DNA from: Blasia pusilla
Lineage: Eukaryota
Length of the DNA: 64,000 nucleotides
Assembly (NCBI GenBank): GCA_050084515.1
Contig: CM114271.1
Span: 37,882,001-37,946,000, forward strand
Reading direction: 5' to 3'
This document shows, in pieces, positions 1 to 9,808 of the stretch. Both the position numbers and the translations under genes were made by a program. The stretch's first letter is position 1. Every line of letters begins with the position of its first letter. The notes under the pieces were generated by a model. The model saw only the letters and a program-made list of their open reading frames with translations, was not told where the DNA came from and made no database searches.

Positions 1-658
1 ATGGAGGGAATAAATGAAATATATGGGGGAGTTTGGTAAGAATGGGAAGGGGGCTGGTATTTTGGCAGGAGAGAGTAAGAGAGGAGAGGAAGAGAGAAAG
101 AGAGGAGAGTCTCTCTTAAAAAAAAAAGGGAGAGTCCGCCTCCTCTCTTCTAAAATTTCATTTGTTTCTTTATAAGTTTTTCTCTTTGAAATGCTAAAAA
201 ACTTTAGAAGAGAGTAACAAGTGGACTAGATTGGGTCATAAACTAACCTCGTTTTTCCAGGCTTCAATCCTAAACTAGACACACCAAGACCAAGTAAGCC
301 GTGGTCTGTATATACTACTTACATCACTCTATATGCTAGCCAAGACTTTCACTACTAATAGATGGGATTTATTTTCTCCTAGGACATTCTTGGAGATTGA
401 CAAACACGATAGCAAATTTGGTGAGTTTATTAGAAAAGGGATGGGTTTGAATATTTCCAATTATGACTCAGACTTCTCTGAGGCCACGAATCAGTCGTCT
501 ATGTTGGCTGAGCAATGGGTATATGGAGTGTCTATGATGGTGATGGGTGTTTGGAAAGTTTAGGGTTTAGCGTTTAAACACATCAGTCTGAGGTAAAGAA
601 AGCGATCCTTAAGGCCTACATGGAAGGACTACGAGGAAAATAAAGGCAATCAACCTTT

Positions 659-1323
659 CATCTTGTCGGAATCCGACAGGTTGGTAGACGTCAAGATTCC
701 ATAAAATCTAATGACGAAACAAGTGGAGAGAATGAAATGAAGGTAATGCATCATCCTTCCATGCAACCTGTCGGAATCCGACAGGTTTAGATGCTGATTG
801 CTCCCATTTTACTCTAAGTCCTTCCTTGTAGATCTGTGTCCTCTCTTCATGCAACTTGTCGGACTCTGATAGGTTGCATGATAGATGAAGTTTGAATCTA
901 AGAAGAACAACAGGAATGAAGCCTCCCAACCTGAGGCATGCCAACCTGTGAGAATGCAATAGGTTTCAGAAAATAACGCCTGAGTGAGGAATGGTTTGAA
1001 GGAAATGGGGGAACAAGGCGAGGGTCCACAAGCCAGCCAGAATGCCTGAAAGGATTGTGGTGGCACAAGAAAAGAAAAATTAGTCAAGTAGACAACCTGT
1101 CGAGATCCAACCGGGTGGAGAACGTTAAATTGGGAAAATGCAGCAGCCAATCAATTTGACATGCAACCTGTCTGAATCCGACAGGTTTCCTGAATGGATC
1201 ATAGAGAAAGAGGTTTAAAAAAATATGAGCATCCCGTAAGCAATAAATCCCACAACTTGTCGGAATCCAATAGGTTGCAAGCATGGTCTTTGGTTTGCAA
1301 CCCTGTTTAACTCGACGGGTTGC
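659..1323. repeat. Array of 8 imperfect ~25-bp palindromes (consensus CAACCTGTCGGAATCCGACAGGTTG) with unique spacers
   Basis: Copies start at about 659, 764, 852, 942, 1093, 1164, 1253 and 1298. The consensus is self-complementary around its central base. The spacers look unrelated to each other. Confidence 0.85.
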
Positions 1324-1826
1324 TCAATGAAGACCGTTCAACATAGAGGAATCGCAACCGAGACACACAAGTACCACTACTTAGAAGACACATCAAGAAC
1401 ATTAATATCCTTAAAAAAAATGGAAGTCCTTTATTATATCCTAGGGAAACTCGGAAATTTACATTTGTTCATAGAATCCAACAACTCTAGTCTATGATTT
1501 CCTTAGCCTTGTCATCTCAAATTTACTCCTAACTCTCCTTGGTTCCTGTACAAGAGGAATGTCTTGGGATACTAGTGGCTCATCTGGCCGATTGTAGATG
1601 GGGATTGAGAATGTAGGAGAAGTTGATAGCCTTGCCTCCCCCCCCTAGGTACACCATATCGGTCCCATGTGTGATTTTAAGAGTCCCAACGCCTTCCCCG
1701 TAAAAACATCTTGTATGCTCCGCAAGGTGACATCTATCCACTATCAATATGTACTTCATCACTTGAAACCACCAAATCCCTATTCCAAAACACTTGAATC
1801 AATTGAACCCGATAAATGCAGTGAAC

Positions 1827-2289
1827 TCACTCATCATCTTCTGAGAGCTCCTCCAAAATGATTGCCGGCCTTGCCCTGCCGATTTTTGGAATGACAGGAA
1901 GGGAAGATGGCGTCACTACCAATGGGTCTACTGTTGGTTGGAGTAGTTGCCTTTTGAGGTGAGTTGTAGACTCCCACAAGCCTTTCGTAATCCACCTTTG
2001 CCTCCTTGCAAAGGTCGAAAAGTTCCGTTCTTCCTTCAATGGAGAGAATGTTTCTGCCACTCTACCATGCACCTCTGATACTCGCCCTTGATAAACCAAC
2101 CAAGTCCAAGACCAAATCACATGTCCTCGAGCATAGCTCAATGAGGGTCTGCATCAGGGCAGTTGACTTATCCCTTCCTCCAAGTAAAGGCGTGCCTTCA
2201 ATCATAAAGAGTCCTTGGGGGGAATTGTAAAGGTTATCCAATGTGATCCAATCCAAGCATGGATCAACTGGATCGGATATTTGAAACAC
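1827..2289 (-). pseudogene. Decayed exon resembling the C-terminal SAM-binding half of a beta-class N4-cytosine/N6-adenine DNA methyltransferase
   Basis: Reading through the TAG at 2062-2064 gives GRDKSTALMQTLIELCSRTCDLVLDLVGLSRASIRGAW*SGRNILSIEGRTELFDLCKEA. This follows the spacing of K-x3-L-x3-LI-x3-S-x2-GDxVLDPFxGSGTT-x2-AA-x3-GR-x2-IGxE. An AG acceptor lies at 2291-2290 on the minus strand. An acidic tail (LEELSEDDE*) in a shifted frame ends at 1827. Confidence 0.6.
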
Positions 2290-2385
2290 CTAAAACATGT
2301 GCTCAGGTCTCACAAATCAGTAGACATGGGAGTGCTCCATCTGTCCACAAGGCAAGAGCAAAAAATGGTTAGCTTTAAGGTGGAA

Positions 2386-4292
2386 TTTTAAGTTATCATA
2401 TTTCTCATTTTCAAAATTAAAGTAGAATTTGAAGAAAAATTATTACATACCATTTCTCAATTAAAATTTAAATAAAACTTATTCCTTCTCCCAAAATTCC
2501 ATCCTCCAATTAAATTGAAACAATATGTATTCCTTCTCCATCAACATTCATTTTCCCTTCCCTTGAAGTATGAATTAAGGGACAAAATTGTAAATATTTT
2601 ACTATTTTCCAAAACTTTCTCATTGTTTTGTGTGATTAATCACCCATTCTACCATAAACTAGTTACCTACAGATATTTATACAAATTATTAGAAAAAAAA
2701 TTTGAATTTCTTTACATATAATATTAGGCCTATAATTTTCTATTTCTATGAGGGTGTTATGATAGAAAAAATATTTTTTGTAATTATCATTTGTACTTTA
2801 TATCAATTGAGATAAATTTGGTTTTTAGAAAACCATATTTGATTGTAATGTGGTTATTAGAGAAATATAAAATTATTATAATAAATAAATAATCATTAAT
2901 TATAAATTAATTAATAAATGTGTGTGATTTAAAGTTGAATTCCTCCGAGGATAACTTAGTAGAATGAAATCAAAAAGAGGTCGGGAAAATTCTTCCTGTT
3001 TGTGTAAAAAAATTGGAAAATTACGGAAAATAAAAAAGATTTCCCAACACTGCCGGCTCCATTACCGCGAAAAATACTACCCGAACCATGTTTCTGCCTT
3101 ATGGTCTAGAGACAGGACTTTAGAGAGATGTGTCTTAATGTCCTACCTTTTGTTTGACATCGTGAACCCGATTTGTGCTTATGAAGCAAGGAAACCAAAT
3201 TCATTAGTAAGATACACGGGAAATAAAGAAAAATTTAAGAACCCGCAAAAGGAAAAGGGTATAACCCGTGAAGGGAAAGGACACACAAATTTTTCTTGTT
3301 TCACTTGGGTTGTGAAACCTTTCCTAACCCAATCAAGGAAACACTCTGCTAGAGTAATAATAAGATAGATTATTGTAATAGATAATGATGATTTCGGTCG
3401 GCCAAGACATGAGACCATAAGCTCTCGTGGCCTGGCCGACTGAATGGTGCCCAAAGATGTAGATTTGTAGGCCTCTCGATCGGGAGTGACGCGGGAGTAA
3501 ACGAAACCAACCTATGTCCTGTAGTTTCCAATAACCAGAAGTCTACTTTCCGCACTTGAGTCCGTCTGAGGCCTCGAAGTCACTTCTGACCAGATCGCCC
3601 TCTTGTTTTCTCTTGGGGACGCATATCTTAGTGATAGGGATTGGTTCTTTTTTTTCGAGGGAGCAAGGTCTTCAATTTTCACAAACGTGAAGAGGTTCCC
3701 GACCTCTTTATAGTGGATTCTACTAAGTTATCATGGGTGGTTAAAAATTAAGACCCACACACATTTATACAAATCAAATTTATAATTCAAAATTACTTTA
3801 TTCCATTTTTTTATGTTCTAGACCGTAGGTTTACAATGCAAATATGGTTTTCTAAAAAAAAATTATCTCAATTGAATGGTGTAGAGACATTTAAAAAATA
3901 TTTTCCCCATGATGAGAAACCCTCATAGAAATAGAAAATTATACGGGTTGCTCTAGACTTATGACGTTAGCCGATGAGCAAGCAATTCACGGGTTTTTCT
4001 CAATAGATATTTGAATAAAAAAGAAAAACAAGTTTATCCTAGAGGGGTGATTAATCACACAAAACAATGTATAGAGTTACAAGAAATCTTACTTTATTTA
4101 CAATTGAGCAATTCATACTTCAAGGGAAGGTTGAAAATGAGATGCTTGATGGAGAAAAAACCAATTTAATTGGAGGATGGAATTTTGGGAGAAGGAATAA
4201 GTTTTATTTAAATTTTAATTGAGAAATGGAATGTAATTGCTAGACAAAATCTCACTTTGTTTTGAGCAAATGGGAAATATGATAACTTAAAA
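2386..4292. repeat. Long inverted repeat with arms ~2386-2965 and ~3717-4292
   Basis: Several colinear reverse-complement blocks are visible. Examples are CCATTTCTCAATTAAAATTTAAATAAAACTTATTCCTTCTCCCAAAATTCCATCCTCCAATTAAATTG (~2450-2517) against ~4162-4229, and GATAACTTAGTAGAAT (2950-2965) against ATTCTACTAAGTTATC (3717-3732). Confidence 0.9.
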
Positions 4293-5268
4293 ATGATTTT
4301 TGAAGTTGTAGAGCAAGCGGTCGTTTTCCAAAATAAAAGAATTTCAATTAAAGAGGGAATGATTTCATTAATCATAGTTAACCAATAATTTAGATAGCAT
4401 ATATATATATTTTTTATAATTAGGGACCCATATGCTTAATTGTAACACAAACTAGGCAAAATCTTTCAATTTTGTTGATTAACCATATTAAATGGATAGA
4501 AATAGATAATGGCAAAGGAATGAATAGGGATTTGAGAGGAATATATCTTAATCAATTATTAATTTATTTAATATTATAATGGATGATTATAAAAATAAGT
4601 AACATGGAATAACTATAATCAATAACCAGAAATTTAGAATTTTACTTCAATTTGATGAAAAGAAAAGAAATTTTCATGGAGAAGGGGGATTTCGTTGAAA
4701 GTTTAGGGAAGGATGATTATTTAGGGATTGGGATATTGTTTAAATTTGAATGGAGGATTGTAATTACCAAGAAGAGTGAAATATTATCATTCTTATAAGA
4801 TTTTAAAAGATAGAATTTATTTTTGAAATTAAAAATTAATAACATGATCATTTAAAAATAAATCATATTAATCCACCCGTTATATTTTGGGAAAATAAAA
4901 TGAATTAAAAATGATTCAATTAATTAAAATTTAAAAAAAATTTGATTAATGAAAAAAAATTTTAAGATGAAAAATAATTATTGTTTGAGCTTGTATGGAA
5001 GAATGAGATTATTCAAGGGAGATGGTTATTATTGAAAGATGAAAATTTTCTTACTCTTTTAAAATTTAAAAAAAAAAGAATATTTAAAATTTAAAATTAT
5101 ATCCAATTTCAAAATTTGAACATAGTCCAAAACTCTTATTGAAAATTATTTTAAGGTCCTACTGCCAAGCGACAATTTGAGAACAAGAAAATTTTTGTTT
5201 AATTGAAAAACAATTGAACTTGAATTTTCTGGAATATATATTGTTTCCTCGGATCACGGGGTCTTACT
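3311..5268 (-). mobile_element. Probable solo or partial LTR (AT-rich), antisense orientation
   Basis: The minus strand starts GTAAGACCCCG, resembling the common TGTAAGACCCC LTR start, and ends TTTCACA at 3311. A TATA-like CTATAAAGAG lies on the minus strand near 3704-3713. No TSD is recognisable. Confidence 0.4.
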
Positions 5269-5512
5269 AGTTATTTTGATGGGAAGAGAAAGTATTATTC
5301 ACACTTTTGTAGAAAATTGAACTTATCTAAAATATTAAAAAAAACTCAGTTTCGTAAAGTAAAACGTTTTTGAGCATATGCGTTGTGGACGAGAAGCAAG
5401 AACAAGGACCATAATCGCGACACCGTCTATCGAGTTTGGAGCTCGAGACACATATATATCATCCAACGCTGCCAGGTCAAAACTGATCACCTTCGAGAAT
5501 AACTTATCCTTG

Positions 5513-5865
5513 CGATCCATGACGGAGCTTCGCAAAAAAAACCAGAGCACAAGACTAAAAGCTGTTTGGGCATCTGATGGCCGAATCAATCATCTCAACG
5601 GTACACCCGATTTCACTCGGTTATACTAGCTAGCTCCGGTTACCACAGCACTCAATCTCACGGACTCTCATTCTTCATCTGTAACCGGATCGATCCATGA
5701 CGGAGCTTCGAAAAAAAACAGAGCACTAGACTAAAAACTGTGTGGGCATCTGATGGCCGAATCAATCATCTCAACGGTACACCCGATTTCACTCGGTTAT
5801 ACTAGCTAGCTCCGGTTACCATAGCACTCAATCTCATGGACTCTCATTCTTCATCTGTAACCGGA
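5513..5865 (+). repeat. Tandem duplication with a ~178-bp unit (5513-5689, 5691-5865)
   Basis: Two near-identical copies begin CGATCCATGACGGAGCTTCG and end CATCTGTAACCGGA. Confidence 0.95.
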
Positions 5866-6382
5866 CTCCTTTCGATAATTGATGTTTGATGTCGATAAAT
5901 TTAAATGACGACTTAAGTATTCGGTAGCCAGGGCAACTCGAAAGCATCAAGCACTGTAAACGTACTCTTTCAAATCTTCATGCATAGAAGGGATCAGAAC
6001 ACATGAGCCCTTCAAAATCGTACATCCTGCCGTTCCGAAATGACAGCACAAGGGCATGGCAGATTAGAGCTCGCGCCAGAACTGAGAAAGTGTGTGCTGG
6101 GAACAAATGAGAAAATGGATAGTGGCGTGCACCTCCGTGCAGGCTAACTAAACCCGGTTGAATCAAGCAGCACCTTACCACTAGCACGTATAAAAATGGA
6201 AGGCTCCGATCCAGCTCGACACTGTTATTCTGTTACTACACTTACAACGTCACACCGATAATTGATGCTGGTGGTGACGATCAATCATAAGGAGGGTCTT
6301 GAGCTCGATCTTCAGTGAAACAAGCAAGCAGAATCGATTGGTATTCGATGGGGATTAATACTGTGCATATCGTTGACTTCAT

Positions 6383-7329
6383 CTAGGCGCTGTTCTTGAT
6401 ATATCCTTCGACTGCCTTGAACAAATTTGTGACTGCTCCCTTCGCTTGTTCGACGACGCCAGGAATGGCGTTTTCTGAGCCGCCCTCGTACTCGGTGGTG
6501 ACGTGCACCTTGCACTTGTCATCGCCGACCGCGCTGATGGTCATACTGGTAACCCACTTGGTGAAGCCCACGCCCTCACTGAGATGTCCTCCCTCGATCT
6601 CTTGGGTGGTGATTTTAGCATCACCTTCGAGGTCCAGGCCGATGAGCTTCTCCTTGACGAACGCGCCGGCGGGCGCCACTGGAAAATGTAAACGGAGTTG
6701 GTGTGAGAGACCATCATGAATTTCAGGTGGCCATGGCTACTTGTACTAAGTCGATCACGGATACATCCCACATTTGAACGTTATGTAAAATTTTCCTAAA
6801 GGTTGAGTTTTGAAATTGACTGACTCATTCTATCGACCTGAATGAGTTTAACCGCATGCGTCAAACTGGAGCTAAGCGCAGGGGTTCATACATTCATTGT
6901 TTCCGGTGATATTCACACCAGGAAGGCCAGTAGCAAAGCGCGCCGAATCTTATTATAGCTAGATTTAACTAGAACTGTACATCTGGAATCGGTTCCATCG
7001 ATCTCTTCGAATTCATCAATACGTTCAAGCCAAAGTTGAAGTACGAGCTGCGAAATGGGACCGGTAAAACCGAGCGTACTCACATGCCTTCGGTAATCAA
7101 ATGCAACAATGTAGAGCCAACAAACATCTCACTGGGATACAGCATGTGTGAGCTTACCGAAGTTGATGATTCGCACCGAGCCTACGTGTCCTTCCACACC
7201 CTCGATTTCCTCCATGCTGCTAATGACCTCTGGTAAGAGCTTGGGGAACAGCGTGTTTTGCTCCTTCAAAGCTCCCCACAGGGCGCTCACAGGCACGGCC
7301 AACTCGACAACAGACTCGAAGGAACCCAT
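6383..7329 (-). CDS. Bet v 1/PR-10/MLP-like (SRPBCC) protein, 155 aa; exons 7329-7158 and 6678-6383
   Basis: Exon 1 MGSFESVVELAVPVSALW...EGVEGHVGSVRIINF joins exon 2 APAGAFVKEK...EIEGGHL...LFKAVEGYIKNSA across a phase-1 GT-AG intron (7157-6679). The spliced length is 468 nt, in frame, with no internal stops. The Gly-rich loop, EGG motif and C-terminal helix match the family. Confidence 0.92.
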
Positions 7330-7494
7330 TTCCGGTCGGGTGCTGAATCTCGGCACTGATGCGATGGACTCTGGAGACGACACTCTCGAGATGAAGATGT
7401 AGGTACGGGATGCAAGAGCAAATCGAGTGATGGCGAAATTGTGAGAGAGTACTGGTTAGCGATGAAGCTTGCGAACTGAGATCGCGCGAGCTCC

Positions 7495-7501
7495 TTATAT
7501 A
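7495..7501 (-). promoter_or_regulatory. TATA box of the minus-strand PR-10-like gene
   Basis: TATATAA on the minus strand ~165 bp upstream of the ATG. The flanking sequence CTCTGTTCAGTATATAAG is conserved in the paralog promoter. Confidence 0.75.
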
Positions 7502-8239
7502 CTGAACAGAGCAATGTGAGGCTGCTCTGTGGTTGCTGCCATCCGCCCGTACTCGGGTGCTGAATCATGCCTCCCAGTGGAGGCCGGGATGGCCGAGAAA
7601 GGGTTCCCCACCTCCACGGCCTCCACGGTCAAATGACGACGAAGTCCAAAGTTGCTGTTCTAAAGGTCGTCCCGCTCTGACCCGTCCGACGTAGCAAGCG
7701 TCTTCTCGAACTTCCATTATGGGCGCGGCTCGGATAAATCGGTCACTAGAATAGGCGTTTTCACCGGCCGAAAGACAAGTGAACATTACGCTTTTACGCC
7801 GGTTCCATCCGCTTTTAGCCTCTGTTGACTCGTTTGAGGACAGAGAAAGGACGACCTCACCGGCGTTTAGCATGCAGCCCGCGGTAGGATACGTTAAATT
7901 CGTATAGAATCGCGTTGAGACGGTCGGTCAGTGGAAACTCGTTAGTGTAAATATTGATAATGGACTGCCTTCGAGGGTTGTTCGTGCGTGAGTCATGAAG
8001 CGGATCACGGGAGTCAGATTAAAGCTAATGCAAGTTACAGCGAAGACCTTTCTAGGGACAAGGGGCATGCTAACTCGGACCGATGCGACACGTTGCCCCG
8101 TTGCAAGTCCTCAAGAGCACATGCCTAGCAAGACTTCGTCGGCAGGGCTGGGAAGCATTTCTGGTCGTTTGATCTAGACCAATGCATGGATGGCCTTTTT
8201 CCCGTGCTAGGCACCAGCTGAGGAGCGTCCTCTGTTCAG

Positions 8240-8246
8240 TATATAA
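8240..8246 (+). promoter_or_regulatory. TATA box of the plus-strand PR-10-like gene
   Basis: TATATAA ~145 bp upstream of the ATG at 8390, homologous to the box at 7495-7501. Confidence 0.75.
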
Positions 8247-8389
8247 GAGGCTCGCGCAGTCTCAGTTTGCAGGCATTCATCGCCAACCATTAAAGTCTCG
8301 CAATCAATCGATCTGCTCGTGCATCCAACTTTAGATCTCCGTCTAGATCATTTAGTCCATTCCATCAGGGTCGAGATTCAGCACCGGAA

Positions 8390-9162
8390 ATGGGTTCCTT
8401 CGAGTCTGCTGTGGAGTTGGCCGTGCCTGTGAGCGCCCTGTGGGCGGCTTTGAAGGAGCAAAACACGCTGTTCCCCAAGCTCTTACCAGAGGTCATTAGC
8501 AGCGTTGAGGAAATCGAGGGTGTGGAAGGACACGTCGGCTCCGTCCGACTCATCAAGTTTGGTAAGATCACGAAAGAACATGTCAGGCTCAAGAAGTCTA
8601 TGCACACAGTGTTGATGAGTAAATCACGGTCCGTTTTATTGGTCCCATTTAGCAGTCTGTATATAAAGAGGGGGTTTAAATTACGGTCTTGATCGATGGG
8701 GTTCAGTCAATTGCCAGACTTTTGGATAACGTTCAACGAGAGTGAGATCTCGGATGAATGCGTGATCGATGTTGCAATTAATCGCGATGAACGCCTAGTA
8801 TCAATAGGCATGGCCACCTGAAATTGAATGATCGGTTCTCACACCAACACCGTCCACACTTTCCAGTGGCTCCCGCGGGCGCGTTCGTCAAGGAGAAGCT
8901 CATCGGCCTGGACCTCGAAGGTGATTCTAAAATCACCACTCAAGAGATCGAGGGAGGACATCTCAGCGAGGGCGTGGGCTTCACCAAGTGGGTTACCATC
9001 ATGACCATCAGCGCCGTCGGCGATGACAAGTGCAAGGTGCACGTCACCACCGAGTACGAGGGCGGCTTAGAAAACGCCATTCCTGGCGTCGTCGAACAAG
9101 CGCAGGGAGCAGTCACACATTTGTTCAAGGCAATTGAAGATTATATCAAGAACAGCGCGTAG
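8390..9162 (+). CDS. Bet v 1/PR-10/MLP-like (SRPBCC) protein, 155 aa; exons 8390-8561 and 8867-9162
   Basis: Donor G|GTAAG at 8562 and acceptor TTCCAG| at 8866 give 468 nt in frame. The protein differs from the minus-strand paralog at 12 positions. Confidence 0.92.
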
Positions 9163-9808
9163 ATGAATTCAACGTTGTGCGAGGATTGGACCCAGGGAAT
9201 CAGAATTGATTCCGCTTGCATGTTGCCTTCAATTCTTTTATGGTTGATCGTCATCAATTAGCATTGTAGCTAATTGTAGACGAGAAACAGAATAACACTC
9301 TTGAGCTCGAGGTTTCCGTGTGTGTGCTAGTGGTAGCTAGCCCTGGTTCAACCAAGTTTAGTCGAGTTGGATCTACAATCCTCGGGGGTGCCGTTCGGTG
9401 ATGAGTTCCTGGCAAAGAGTTTTTATTCCAACTAGCTCCGGAGCTATGGCTAGCCTGTGCTGGCATCACGGAACCGCAGGATGTATGATTTTGGAGGGTT
9501 TATGAGTTTTGATCCTTTCTATGAATGAAAATTTGAGAGACTTTACGGCACTTCTTAGTTTATTGTGTTCTCACAGCGGATTCCTATTATCAAGAGTGTC
9601 TTGAAACGCACATATGTAAGAAACTCGCTGAATTCTCGCAACCTGGCAAATGTGCATAAACATTAAGGAGTGATTACTGAATGGATACATCATGGCTAGA
9701 GGCGTCTCCCACGGCCTGAGCGAGTTAAGCTTGTCTTCCGCTTCACGAGCGTACACTGGCTTCGGCAGGTCAGGCAATCTGCAATTATATTACGATGGCA
9801 TACGACAG

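Noticed and set aside
659-1323. CRISPR array
   Set aside because: The context is eukaryotic, the repeats are degenerate, spacer lengths range from ~20 to ~125 bp, and there are no cas genes.
7330-7383. 18-codon N-terminal extension of PR-10 copy 1
   Set aside because: It starts at a non-ATG codon and has no counterpart in the paralogs, which begin at MGSF.
6396-7402. Plus-strand ORFs 6396-6719 and 7148-7402, and the equivalent minus-strand ORFs over copy 2
   Set aside because: They are antisense shadows of the GC3-rich PR-10 exons.
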